Shown here: one piece after another, positions 9,938-20,301 of the stretch
How the letters are laid out: every line of letters starts with the position of its first letter
Numbering within the stretch: the first letter of the stretch is position 1
NCBI GenBank assembly: GCA_964421315.1
Contig: CAYQXD010000001.1
Location: forward strand, 1,464 to 65,463
Origin: an uncultured Thiotrichaceae bacterium
Lineage (GTDB): Bacteria; Pseudomonadota; Gammaproteobacteria; SZUA-229
Direction: 5' to 3'
DNA: 64,000 nt
Made by a program: the position numbers and the translations under genes
Notes under the pieces: generated by a model
The model's input: only the letters and a program-made list of their open reading frames with translations
The model's database searches: none
What the model was told of the DNA's origin: nothing

Positions 9938-10061
9938 AAATTTAAACCTTTGTGTTTTTTTATTTAGTGCTTAAACGTCAAGCAGCCTCACTAAAGCAGT
10001 GTTTTCGTTCAAGCACTATTTCGGGAACATCTGTTCAATTTCAGAATTAATCAGAGGTTCC

Positions 10062-10832
10062 TTAGGCAATAGCAGATACTTTGCCAGTCAAAGTCATCGT
10101 TATTTTTGGAAAAATATTTTTTTTAACATAGAGGCAAGCGCCGCCTTTTGTGCAGACTTTAACCTTACTGCCGGCAGGATAACGTAACCAGCTACCTGCT
10201 TTATTACAATTTTTATTTACAGAAATTGAACCTTCACAGACAAACACTTCTATCCCTTTATTTTGATTTTTAAAGGTAATCCAACATTCAGAGCGGATTC
10301 GATATAAGCTAACTTCTTCCTCTGCAAAATGATGTAAATCAAAACGAGATACACCCGGCACACCTGCATGCAGCCATTCAAGCACAGAATCTTTGGTGTT
10401 AATAACCACGTGCTTACGATCTAAAGACTGAGACTGACCTAACTTAAATAAAACAATACAGCCCTCTCTGGTAAAAGGCTCATGATATGTACCTGGCGGA
10501 TTTCGTACATAATACCCTGCGCTGTAATCACTGTTCGCATCTGAAAGAACACCCGACAATACCAAAAACTCCACGCCGCCTTCATGATTAAATTGTTTAA
10601 ATGTACAACCAGCAGGAAATTGAGCCAGTGTTGTAAAGTTTGGTTTTTTTCTACCTATACGTTCAAAACATTTTTGTTTGATACCTGCCGTTGGTGATAC
10701 TGCCCAATTTAATACATTTGTTTCAACAATAGCGGGAACAGAGAAATTAGCATTAATTTCCAAAACTTTTTTTACCCGATTGAAACGGTCATTAGCAAAA
10801 ACAGGTTTTTTAACTTGAAGACTGGATGGCAT
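10062..10832 (-). CDS. cupin-domain protein, ChrR-like (anti-sigma-factor C-terminal cupin fold); function unknown
   Basis: The 256-aa ORF shows a two-cupin pattern. The match is weak and by recall only. Confidence 0.4.
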   Translation of the reverse strand: MPSSLQVKKPVFANDRFNRVKKVLEINANFSVPAIVETNVLNWAVSPTAGIKQKCFERIGRKKPNFTTLAQFPAGCTFKQFNHEGGVEFLVLSGVLSDANSDYSAGYYVRNPPGTYHEPFTREGCIVLFKLGQSQSLDRKHVVINTKDSVLEWLHAGVPGVSRFDLHHFAEEEVSLYRIRSECWITFKNQNKGIEVFVCEGSISVNKNCNKAGSWLRYPAGSKVKVCTKGGACLYVKKNIFPKITMTLTGKVSAIA

Positions 10833-11065
10833 AAAAACACTTATTTTATAAAAACATTAATACAGGCCATGCAAACAATATGCCAATTGTTAACATTAAT
10901 TTAACGTTTATTTTTCAACGAGTTATGTGCCCGTATCAAATCAAATGCTAGCCCTTCTTGCTAGCACTGGATAAGTACTTATCATTTTGCAAGAGAACTA
11001 ACCACTTATTGCAACTGAGTATCATTTAGTTCGAAGGCATATTCATAAATTACGAGAGAAATTCT

Positions 11066-11299
11066 TTATTGCTTACCTAATAACACGCGATTCCATGCGC
11101 GTTCATGGAAATAATAAAGCACCATTTTTGTAAACACTTCAGCCACTCCAATTGACGCTGCTACTGTTAAGTCAGCCGTAAATATATAAGCTAACAGGAC
11201 GGTATCAAGCGAACCGGTTACTCGCCACGTAACAGCCTTAAACATGCTACGTTTTTTAGTATCCAGGGGGTTTTCATCTGTATTAAAAACCATGGTCAA
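11066..11299 (-). CDS. small membrane protein, DUF2061-like, commonly linked to cysC/cysH
   Basis: The 77-aa ORF has two TM-like segments and sits downstream of cysC in the same orientation. Confidence 0.45.
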   Translation of the reverse strand: MTMVFNTDENPLDTKKRSMFKAVTWRVTGSLDTVLLAYIFTADLTVAASIGVAEVFTKMVLYYFHERAWNRVLLGKQ

Positions 11300-11309
11300 T
11301 AATCGATCA

Positions 11310-11948
11310 TCAAGTCAAAGCTTTATTATTATGTTCAACAGGTTTATACCCCGTATGCAGTACATCGATACTATGCAGGTAAGCCAATAAATCGTTAACT
11401 GATTCAGTAACGGTTAAAGCTCCTGCCTCAAGTGTTAATTCTGCATTAAGCGGTACTTCATAAGGGCTATCTATGCCTGTAAACTGTTTAATCTCCCCTC
11501 TATCGGCTTTAGCATAAAGACCTTTTGGATCACGTTTGCGGCACACCGACAATGGCGCATCAACAAACACTTCTATAAACTGGCCATCCGGTATAATTTT
11601 ACGCACAATTTTCCGATCAGCACGAAAAGGAGAAATAAAAGCGGCTAACACGATTAAGCCGGCGTCTGACAATAAATTAGCGACCTCACCTACACGTCTG
11701 ATGTTTTCTTTACGAGCGGCATTAGAAAAGCCAAGATCACGGCATAAACCAAGTCGAACATTATCACCGTCTAAAAGATAAGTGTGATAGCCCTGCTTAG
11801 ATAAAATTTGTTCAAGTGCCCCCGCAATAGTTGATTTTCCAGAAGCACTTAAACCGGTAAACCAGATCACAAGCGGACGCTGCGACTTCTGTTGCGCTCT
11901 GAATTGCTGATCAACTGGATGTGAATGCCATACAATATTACTCGTCAT
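11310..11948 (-). CDS. cysC: adenylylsulfate (APS) kinase
   Basis: It has the P-loop [12 protein letters not shown] and APS-kinase length and motifs. Confidence 0.9.
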   Translation of the reverse strand: MTSNIVWHSHPVDQQFRAQQKSQRPLVIWFTGLSASGKSTIAGALEQILSKQGYHTYLLDGDNVRLGLCRDLGFSNAARKENIRRVGEVANLLSDAGLIVLAAFISPFRADRKIVRKIIPDGQFIEVFVDAPLSVCRKRDPKGLYAKADRGEIKQFTGIDSPYEVPLNAELTLEAGALTVTESVNDLLAYLHSIDVLHTGYKPVEHNNKALT

Positions 11949-11999
11949 TATATTTTCCTCTATACTAAATTAAATAAAAATAAAACCCTGGATTAATCA

Positions 12000-12692
12000 C
12001 TATTCATGAATACCACACTCTCGTTTCAAACCAAAAAACCGCGTATCTTCCTCAGACATACCCGGTTCAAGCGGACGAGTGCTGTGTGTATCACCCAGCG
12101 ATACATAACCTTTTTCCCATAGCGGGTTATAAGGTAATTGGTGCTTATTTAAATAGCGGTGCACATCTCGATGACTCCAGTCAACCACCGGATAGACTTT
12201 AACCACACTGCCTTTCATCTGTAAAACAGGCAGGCGCGAACGACTTTTTGATTGCTGGCGGCGCAAAGCCGAGAACCAGCAGCCCACATTATTTTCACGT
12301 AGCGCACGTTGTAACGGTTCCACCTTGTTTATATGATTATATTGCTCAAGCCCCGATTTTCCATGGCCCCATAATTGACCGTATCTGTGTTCTTGCCAGG
12401 CAGGAGAAATGTCACCTCGATATACCTGCAGATTTAGCTTTAAGCGATCAACCAGGTGATCAATAAAACCATAGGTTTCTGGAAACAAATATCCAGTATC
12501 AAGCAATACTATTTTTATCTCAGGCATAATTCTCGTTGTCATATGCAACATAAGTGCTGCCTGTATACCAAAGCTGGACGTAACAATGTGCTCACTCGGC
12601 AGCTTCTCTAACGCCCACTCAATTCGCTGTACAGCTGATAAGTTTTCCAGTTGCTTATTGGTTCGAACTGTCGATATATCATCAATTAACAT
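12000..12692 (-). CDS. cysH: phosphoadenosine phosphosulfate (PAPS) reductase, thioredoxin-dependent
   Basis: It has a PAPS_reduct domain and the C-terminal ECGIHE motif. There is no CC..CC Fe-S motif, so it is PAPS-type rather than APS-type. Confidence 0.85.
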   Translation of the reverse strand: MLIDDISTVRTNKQLENLSAVQRIEWALEKLPSEHIVTSSFGIQAALMLHMTTRIMPEIKIVLLDTGYLFPETYGFIDHLVDRLKLNLQVYRGDISPAWQEHRYGQLWGHGKSGLEQYNHINKVEPLQRALRENNVGCWFSALRRQQSKSRSRLPVLQMKGSVVKVYPVVDWSHRDVHRYLNKHQLPYNPLWEKGYVSLGDTHSTRPLEPGMSEEDTRFFGLKRECGIHE

Positions 12693-14370
12693 TGTGGTAT
12701 CCCTCTGCAGGATTGGTTACTTCTTTAACCAAGCCATGGCGAATAGTAAAATCACCAAATCGCTCATTGCTTAATCGATGACTGGAATATTGTTTGAATA
12801 GATCATCTAATGTTGCAATTAATTTTTCTTCGGTTAAATTTTTTCGGTATAGTGTTGCCAGTCTTAAGCCAGTGCCATCTCCGCCTAATAATAAGTTATA
12901 ACTCCCAGGGCCTTTACCAACCAGACCAATTTCTGCAACAAAAGGACGGGCACAACCATTTGGGCAGCCTGTGATACGGATAACAATTTCTGCATCACTA
13001 ATATTGTGCTTTATTGTTAAAGCTTCAACTTTGTCAAGGAAATCGGAAAAGTAACGCTCAGCCTCAGCCATTGCCTGGGGGCAGGTTGGTAAGGCAACAC
13101 AGGCAATACTTGCCAGTCGAATCAAACTGTTTTTATCATTCAACAACCCTGCATTTCTAACCAGGGTATCGATACTTTCCTTTTTATTATTTGCCACATT
13201 TGCAATAATAAGGTTCTGGTTTGAGGTGATTCGAAATTCACCCTTATGTTTTTCTGCAACGTCACGTAAAACATCCATTAGCGCATTATCTGCTGAACTT
13301 TCAATTCGACCATTTTCTATATATAAGGTGAGGTGCCATTTTTTATCATGGTTTTGAATCCAGCCATAACGATCACCCTGGCTGGTGAAACTGACTGAAC
13401 GTGCCGGTTTAAATTAAATTTTTGCCTGAGATTCTACTTCTGTAATAAACCTCTCCACACCCATCCGTTCAATCGTATATTTCAACCGTGCATGGCGGCG
13501 ACTAACACGGTTATCATTATCTCGCTGGATAATAACAACGGCTTCTGCAATAGCTAAAATCTGATCGGGTGTAATAAAACCAGGCTCATCAGCCAGGCGA
13601 GGGAACGTCGATGAATCATCGTGCGTTGTTCCCATGCCACCACCCGCTAAAACATTAAATCCAATAAGCTTGCCTTTTTCTTCAATGGCAACAAAGCCAA
13701 GATCATTCGTATAAATATCCACATCGTTAACGGGTGGTATAACAATGGCTGTTTTAAACTTACGCGGTAAATACGTTTGTCCATACATGGGTTCAGTCTC
13801 GCCACCAGCTATGGTTTTGCCATCCAGAAAAATTTCATGATAAGCACGTGTTTTAGGTAATAAATGCTCACTAATTTTATTCGCCAATTTATAAACCTCT
13901 GCGTGTAAAGCGGATTGTTCTGGATTGGAATGACACATTACATTTCGGTTCACGTCACCACAGCCGCCAATAGAATCAATCATTGACTGGTTAATACGCT
14001 GAATAAGCGGTTTCAGGTTTTTTTTAACGATGCCGTGAAACTGAAATGTCTGCCGAGTTGTTAAACGAATCGTGCCGTTCCCCAGTTCGCGGGCAACAGA
14101 ATCAATATCCAGCCATTGCTGTGTGCTGCAGACACCACCAGGCAATCGCGCGCGCAGCATGAAACTGTAATAAGGTTCCATTAATTGCTGGCGACGTTCG
14201 GCTCTCAAATCACGGTCATCCTGTTCATAAAAACCATGGAACTTGGATAACTGGGTATCGTCAGCTGACAATGTACCCGATAGTGGATCAGCCAGGCCTT
14301 CGCTTATTGTTCCGCGTAAGTATTGGCTATTAAGCTTAATCAGCTCATTAGGGTGTAATTTGCTATCCAT
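12682..14370 (-). pseudogene. cysI: sulfite reductase (NADPH) hemoprotein beta subunit CysI, one continuous frame interrupted by a single in-frame TAA at 13414-13416
   Basis: The N-terminal ORF 13414..14370 and C-terminal ORF 12682..13278 are in the same frame. Translating through the gap gives [40 protein letters not shown].., collinear with E. coli CysI ..[41 protein letters not shown]... The C-terminal part has the siroheme/Fe-S motif TGCPNGC. Confidence 0.7.
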
Positions 14371-16145
14371 CAGTATACGTCTCTTAAATAACGACCCTGG
14401 CTATGCAAGGTGTTAATAAATTCTTCAGCATTATCATCAGACATGCCCCCATGACTTTTTGCGATATCGACCAGTGATGCCATAACAGATTTTTCCATTT
14501 CAATACCTCCACAAACATAAATGTAAGCACCTTTCTGGAGCCAGGCATAAACATCTTCTCCTTCCTGGTGTAAACGATTCTGTACATAAACCCGTTCCTC
14601 ATCATCACGTGAGAAGGCAACACTGGCACGCTGTAATAAACCGTCCTTGCGGTAGTTGAGCCACTCCGATTGATAAAGAAAATCGCGCTGAAAATTTCTA
14701 TTACCAAAAATCAACCAGTTCTCCCCAGCACTGCCTCGACTTTCACGTTCTTGCAAAAAAGCACGAAATGGCGCAATACCGGTGCCCGCAGCAATCATTA
14801 TCACAGGCATATCATCTGCAGGTAACCTAAAGCCCGGGTTTTCGGCTATATAGATATTCAACAAGTCACCTTCATTGATACGTTGCGTAAGATAACCCGA
14901 AGCACCACCAAGGTGATGATGACCGAACGCCTCATACTCCAGTGTTGTTACCGTTATATGTATTTCATCTTCATAAACTGACTGACTTGATGCTATCGAG
15001 TAAAGCCTGGGTTTTAACGGTAAAAGTAAATTACTAAGCATGTTTGCATCGACTTTGGCCGGATACGCCTGTAACAAATCTATAACCTGATTTTCATTTG
15101 CAAAAGCACGAAGTTTATTATTATCTTTACATAACGTTTTTAATTCACCGCAATTCGATATTACAGCCCATGCTTTAACTACAGTTGGATGCAATAAAGT
15201 CAGCTCTAGTTTTTCGGTTAATGCATGTGAAAGCGTCAACTCTGACTTGCATAAAATTATTTTTTTCTCACCAGATAAATTCGAAAGTTGAAGTAATTCA
15301 GACACTAAATCCGGTGAATTTTTAAACAACACAGCCACCGCATCACCTGGTTGATAATGCACTGTCCCTGGAGCAACCTCCAGTACAATATGATGAGTCG
15401 TACTGATAGAATCAGTTGATGTGATTCTACGACTCTCAAGTACTTCAGCCCGGTATGGATTACTACTATCACACCTCATTTCAATAACGTTACTGTTAGT
15501 AAATGATGCTGCGTTTACCTTTGCAAGAGGCATTACCTTGTCTAATTCCTGTAATGTCTCTATTCCCCAGTGTTCAGCCTGGGCTTGAAAGTTAACATCA
15601 GCATCAACACGCGGCAGTAAAATTTTAGCACCTGAAGCTTGCAAATATTTATCCATATCCAGTGCAGCTTTACAGAAATATTCATAACTGGAATCACCCA
15701 GGCCAAAAATGGCGTATTGAAGATTATCCAGTTTCGGTTTTTTCCTGGCATTCAGATATCGAAATAACTCCTGTGCAGTTTCTGGTGGTTCACCTTCACC
15801 CTGGGTACTAATAACAATGAGTAAATACGTTTCTTTAAGCAAGTTACGTGGTTTATAGTTTTCTGCAGAAAGCAATCGGGTAGAGAAGCCACTGTTTTCT
15901 GCATTTACCGCCATTGACTCGGCAACACACCGAGCATTGCCACCCTGCGAAGCATATAAAATTGTCAACACTGATGGTGCACTTGATATCGCAGGCGCAG
16001 ATAAAAAATCAACTCGCAAACCTGAAACATATCCACTAACCCAGGACAACTGTTCATGATTGAAGCCATCAAGCGCCTGATTCAATGCACCAAGCTGCTC
16101 ATCAGTTAAAATATTTGTCTGTGAAGCTTTTACAACATTTTGCAT
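14370..16145 (-). CDS. cysJ: sulfite reductase (NADPH) flavoprotein alpha subunit
   Basis: A flavodoxin-like N-terminus is followed by an FAD/NADPH oxidoreductase domain. The gene overlaps the cysI start. Confidence 0.9.
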   Translation of the reverse strand: MQNVVKASQTNILTDEQLGALNQALDGFNHEQLSWVSGYVSGLRVDFLSAPAISSAPSVLTILYASQGGNARCVAESMAVNAENSGFSTRLLSAENYKPRNLLKETYLLIVISTQGEGEPPETAQELFRYLNARKKPKLDNLQYAIFGLGDSSYEYFCKAALDMDKYLQASGAKILLPRVDADVNFQAQAEHWGIETLQELDKVMPLAKVNAASFTNSNVIEMRCDSSNPYRAEVLESRRITSTDSISTTHHIVLEVAPGTVHYQPGDAVAVLFKNSPDLVSELLQLSNLSGEKKIILCKSELTLSHALTEKLELTLLHPTVVKAWAVISNCGELKTLCKDNNKLRAFANENQVIDLLQAYPAKVDANMLSNLLLPLKPRLYSIASSQSVYEDEIHITVTTLEYEAFGHHHLGGASGYLTQRINEGDLLNIYIAENPGFRLPADDMPVIMIAAGTGIAPFRAFLQERESRGSAGENWLIFGNRNFQRDFLYQSEWLNYRKDGLLQRASVAFSRDDEERVYVQNRLHQEGEDVYAWLQKGAYIYVCGGIEMEKSVMASLVDIAKSHGGMSDDNAEEFINTLHSQGRYLRDVY

Positions 16146-16252
16146 AGTATTTAATTAATTGATTAAGTCATTTCATGTGTTGAAAAACAATATACCTGGA
16201 TTTATATATCTTGTATAATAATTATTTATAATATTTAATCTATTTTTATAAT

Positions 16253-17173
16253 ATGGAATTACGTCATTTAAAAACACTAAGTGTGCTATCTGAAACAGAC
16301 TTTAATGTCACCAATGCAGCCCATAAATTATGTGTAGTACAATCTGCAGTATCACATCACCTGGCAAAACTTGAGAACGATATAGGTATACAAATTTTTA
16401 TGAGAAAGGGAAAACAGATAACGGGATTGACTGCTGCCGGAAATACTGTTTTAGAATATGCACGACAGGCATTAGCTATTCGCGAGAACATTCTCGCTGT
16501 TGGAAAAGATTATAATGAAAATGCCGATAGAGTATTACGAATCGGCGCAACACATACACAGGCTCGTTATGTGCTACCAGCGGTAATAAGAGCTTATCGT
16601 AAAATATACCCAGCTGTGCGTCTGCATATTTATCAGGATTCGCCTATGCAGTTAGTACAATTAGCGATAAAAGACGAAGTTGATTTTTCAATTTGCACTG
16701 AAAGCCTGGGCGATCATCCAATGTTAATAACTATTCCCTGTTACCAATGGAACCGTAGCCTTGTTGCACCAAAAGGTCACCCCATACTTAAGAGAAAAAT
16801 ATTAAAATTAAAACATATTTGTGAGTACCCTATAATCACCTACACATTTGGCTTAACTGGTGCAGGACATACTACAACGGCATTTAGTAAAGCCGGACTG
16901 TCTCCAGAAGTAACACTTTCCGCAATGGATACTGATATAATTAAGACTTATGTGCGCGAAGGATTAGGTGTAGGACTGATAGCCAGTATGGCCTATTCAG
17001 CTGAACAGGATAGTGATTTAGAACTACGCGATCTCAGCAAGCTGTTACCCTGGGAGACCACATGGATTGCTTATCATAAAGATAAATATTTACAACGACA
17101 TCAACTGCGTTTTATCAAACTCCTTGAAACTATGGTTACAAAAAATGGGAAAATAATAAGCAAAAGAAAATAG
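16253..17173 (+). CDS. cysB: LysR-family transcriptional regulator, CysB-like
   Basis: It shares blocks with E. coli CysB (ATHTQARY, PCYQWNR, TYTFGLTG, DTDIIKTYVREGLGVGLIASMA). It is divergent from cysJ. Confidence 0.8.
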   Translation: MELRHLKTLSVLSETDFNVTNAAHKLCVVQSAVSHHLAKLENDIGIQIFMRKGKQITGLTAAGNTVLEYARQALAIRENILAVGKDYNENADRVLRIGATHTQARYVLPAVIRAYRKIYPAVRLHIYQDSPMQLVQLAIKDEVDFSICTESLGDHPMLITIPCYQWNRSLVAPKGHPILKRKILKLKHICEYPIITYTFGLTGAGHTTTAFSKAGLSPEVTLSAMDTDIIKTYVREGLGVGLIASMAYSAEQDSDLELRDLSKLLPWETTWIAYHKDKYLQRHQLRFIKLLETMVTKNGKIISKRK

Positions 17174-17279
17174 AGAGAAAGACCTAATTAATAAACGGGT
17201 ATAAGCCCCCTCCTCTCCTAATTTCATCCTCAATGCCAGGCTGAATTAAAACGCCCATATCACGAAGTGAAAAACTATA

Positions 17280-17636
17280 TCAATTCATATAAGATCTAAT
17301 CTCATCATCCGGTTTTGGTAGACCGGCTACTTTCCATAAATTTATGCACGATCCAAATAATCTTATCAGCTCTATTTTTTCCAGCCCCGTTGACCTGCAA
17401 ATTAATCTAACAGGGGGCAAACCACTAAGGTGTAACACCTTTTCTCTAACAAAATAAATAACCTTGATGTGTTTAGATGAGAGTTGAATTAAATCATTCC
17501 TTAATAGCTCTTCAGAAAAAGAAATATCCCAATCTTCTGCGTTTAGTAAAAAGCCTTCTTTATCAGTTATAAACTGATCAGATCTGCTTTCAGTAGCAGG
17601 TTGTTGTGCTAAAACATACATATTTATAAGCCTCAA
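17280..17636 (-). CDS. DsrC/TusE-family protein lacking the conserved C-terminal cysteine
   Basis: ..RLFGSCINLWKVAGLPKPDDEIRSYMN matches the TusE/DsrC C-terminal region ..AGLPKP.., but the penultimate Cys is absent. There is no Cys codon in any frame just downstream. Confidence 0.6.
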   Translation of the reverse strand: MRLINMYVLAQQPATESRSDQFITDKEGFLLNAEDWDISFSEELLRNDLIQLSSKHIKVIYFVREKVLHLSGLPPVRLICRSTGLEKIELIRLFGSCINLWKVAGLPKPDDEIRSYMN

Positions 17637-17849
17637 TTATAATTTATAAACATTATCTTCAATCTATCATATTAAGTAAAATAGTTAATATTAATAATAT
17701 ATTATTAATATTAATAACGCTTACAAACACAAAAATTTCAGCGGTATCCCTGTGTTTTGTCTGTAACCACTGCCATGCCTGTATCTTTATTATTGTCAAT
17801 AAATACTAATGTTTTGTTTTTGTGCTACAGAGAAAAACACTTACACATT

Positions 17850-18068
17850 TTATTTTGGCAATATGGAAGATAATTCAATAGCTGCTTTAATTTTATTGAA
17901 ACTACCACCTGAGATATGGCGAGTGACTGCTGCATCTGCAGGTGTAGAGTCATATTTTATTCCTGCCTTATCGCAAAGCTCACCCCAGGTTTTCATGGTT
18001 TCGCTGATGCTATGAATGACTTCAACAATCTTCCCGTTAGCTTCACAGCGGTAGTCGTAGGTAGGCAT
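17850..18068 (-). CDS. FmdB-family-like small protein (degenerate zinc ribbon)
   Basis: It has the N-terminus MPTYDYRCEANGK, whereas the family consensus is MPxYEYxCxxCG. The second Cys is replaced. Confidence 0.4.
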   Translation of the reverse strand: MPTYDYRCEANGKIVEVIHSISETMKTWGELCDKAGIKYDSTPADAAVTRHISGGSFNKIKAAIELSSILPK

Positions 18069-18140
18069 TATCTATCTCCGGATATACGTTATAAAATCAT
18101 ATCTGTTTATAAAAGGATATATGGGTGTTCTGTAACCCAA

Positions 18141-19100
18141 TCAATGTGCTCCGCAACATTTTTTATATTTTTTACCACTGCCACAGTGACAGGGGTCGTT
18201 GCGACCAATTTTTGTTTTTGCATTCACTACAGATATATTTGAGCGCCAGCCCATGGGTGCTGAGCGTTCACCAGGTTCAACTTTTTTATCAACTAATGGC
18301 ACCCCGACATTAGCATATTCCATACCTTTTTCCAGCGCACCCTCATCGGGATATAACCACCAGATCAGTTCATTAAACGGTTCCTTAATGTAACCGTCTA
18401 CCACCTTTTCTTTATTTTTGATAGCATCGTTTACTTTCTCTTTAATGCAGGCTTCAAGCGATTTGGTATTTAATACCATGGGCGCAATCAGTTGTTTTGC
18501 AATGGCCTGACGTAATAAATCTTCAAGTTCGCCGGGATGTAAATCATAAGCAATTAATGCAACACTATCCCAAACATAACCGGGACTCTGTTCCAGTTTA
18601 GTTTCCATTAATTCTTTTAAGTAAACGATGATATGGTCACGGCTAAGCACGTCTTCTTTCCACAACACCATCAAACTATCAAGTGCTGCACTACGGATCC
18701 ACGGATTCAAGTTGGCATTTTCTACTACAGATTTAATCGGCTGCAAATCACCGTCATACACTGAAGCCAGGATTCGCCCTAATGCTTCTGTAAAAACCTC
18801 ACCGGTAAGTTTTACAACTTTATCGCCTGGTCTGGAGATCAGCTTGATGATTAATCGGTAGGCATCTTTATTTCGCAGATAGGCAAGAATAAACAGTGAC
18901 ACCACATGGCGAATGTAATTACTGCCTAGTTGTTCAATAATGCTCGGGTTTTCTGCAAAGCTGGCTACTTCTTTCAACAACAGCGGATTTAATTCATCTT
19001 GACGGCTTTTAACCTCGGCAAATGTTTTTTCTGTAGGCGGAACATCAATTGATTTTAATTTCTCAAACAGATCTTCAGCAGAAATTATACTGGTAGTCAT
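18141..19100 (-). CDS. SEC-C metal-binding motif protein (YecA-like)
   Basis: The C-terminus reads [17 protein letters not shown]. Confidence 0.6.
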   Translation of the reverse strand: MTTSIISAEDLFEKLKSIDVPPTEKTFAEVKSRQDELNPLLLKEVASFAENPSIIEQLGSNYIRHVVSLFILAYLRNKDAYRLIIKLISRPGDKVVKLTGEVFTEALGRILASVYDGDLQPIKSVVENANLNPWIRSAALDSLMVLWKEDVLSRDHIIVYLKELMETKLEQSPGYVWDSVALIAYDLHPGELEDLLRQAIAKQLIAPMVLNTKSLEACIKEKVNDAIKNKEKVVDGYIKEPFNELIWWLYPDEGALEKGMEYANVGVPLVDKKVEPGERSAPMGWRSNISVVNAKTKIGRNDPCHCGSGKKYKKCCGAH

Positions 19101-19289
19101 AAACTTGTTTTCTGCTAATGGTGGCTTACATTTGACGAATAGCTCAGGGTCATCCGGTTACACCTGTGTTTATAACTGAATAGTAAAACATGATTTCACA
19201 AATCACTATATTGAAATACTAATACAGTACAGCTTATTTCGAGTTTCAACATAGTGATTCAGCAACAAAGGCGAACATGTTTGCCCGCT

Positions 19290-19796
19290 CTACTGGCGAC
19301 CTTTACCGCCAGTAGAAATATAATCTGAAAGCGCCATTTGTTGTTTACCAATGGCCGCTACCGTATTATGGACTCGCTTGATAATCGCTCGCATAAAATC
19401 AAACATTAGCTTCGGCTCATCAAGGATAAGTGGTCTAATATCATCTGCTTTAAAACATATTACTTTGGCATCACCTAATGCCACTACCGATACCGTATGA
19501 GGGGTGTCATCAATAAAACTTAACTCACCCACTAGATCACCTTTATCCAGCACATGCAGTGTACGCGGCTTCTTGCTTTTATTTTTTCTTTCTTTGACCA
19601 GTGCCAAATGCCCGGAGGCAATCATATAAAAACTATTGTCTGTTTCGCCTTCGTGAAACAGGAATTCGTTGTCTGTTACTTTACCTTCACCACCGGCTCG
19701 TTGTGCAAGTATTTCTGCTCCTTTTTCCCCAATGTATTTTCCTATTGGGGCTTGCATAATAAGATCTTTCACTTGTTTGCTATCGGGTTTATTCAT
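19290..19796 (-). CDS. stand-alone cyclic-nucleotide-binding (cNMP/Crp-like) domain protein
   Basis: It has the FLFHEGETDNSFYMIASGHLALV beta-roll pattern, with GELSF ahead of the C-helix. Confidence 0.7.
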   Translation of the reverse strand: MNKPDSKQVKDLIMQAPIGKYIGEKGAEILAQRAGGEGKVTDNEFLFHEGETDNSFYMIASGHLALVKERKNKSKKPRTLHVLDKGDLVGELSFIDDTPHTVSVVALGDAKVICFKADDIRPLILDEPKLMFDFMRAIIKRVHNTVAAIGKQQMALSDYISTGGKGRQ

Positions 19797-19824
19797 CAGT
19801 AACTCCTGGTTAATATAATGAAGA

Positions 19825-20301
19825 TTATTGTTTAAAAAACTGTATTGCCAGATCCAGGTTTTGTTGAGCTTTTGAAGTCAGCCCCTGTTGAAGTTCCCAC
19901 TCATAACCTTTGATGGTGAGAAACTGAACTTTCGGAGTGTAATCAAAGCAGGTTTTACAGGTTGCCAGAATGGATTCAACAGAAATGGCATGGGAGGTAA
20001 AACTAAAGTCCATCTTCGGTTTAACCTTTTCCAGTTGAAAGGTTTTTAAATTGACCACTTTGCTGGCATCGACAAACAGCACCTGTTTTTTATAGCTAAT
20101 CATATCGGCATCTTCAAGGTGTAGCTGGTAATGGCGCATGAGTTCAGCCTTTGGACAAATTGACTCATTTTCTAACCAGTCAATAAAAGCCCAGCCCAGA
20201 CCATCATCCTGCCGACCTATATTGCCAATACCATAAATCAGGCTGTCCGCATTATTGTAATCGGCAAGACCGGCAGCAAGGTGATTAACGGGCAAATTCA
20301 T
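19825..20301 (-). CDS. hoxW: hydrogenase maturation endopeptidase for the soluble hydrogenase
   Basis: It has the GIGNxxxxDDGxG protease motif (IYGIGNIGRQDDGLGW) and lies directly 3' of hoxH. Confidence 0.7.
   Translation of the reverse strand: MNLPVNHLAAGLADYNNADSLIYGIGNIGRQDDGLGWAFIDWLENESICPKAELMRHYQLHLEDADMISYKKQVLFVDASKVVNLKTFQLEKVKPKMDFSFTSHAISVESILATCKTCFDYTPKVQFLTIKGYEWELQQGLTSKAQQNLDLAIQFFKQ

Noticed and set aside
13414-13416. Programmed stop-codon readthrough or recoding of the cysI TAA
   Set aside because: UAA readthrough is not an established recoding mechanism in bacteria, and no stimulatory structure is evident. A nonsense mutation or sequencing error is far more likely, so the gene is reported as a pseudogene with the alternative noted.
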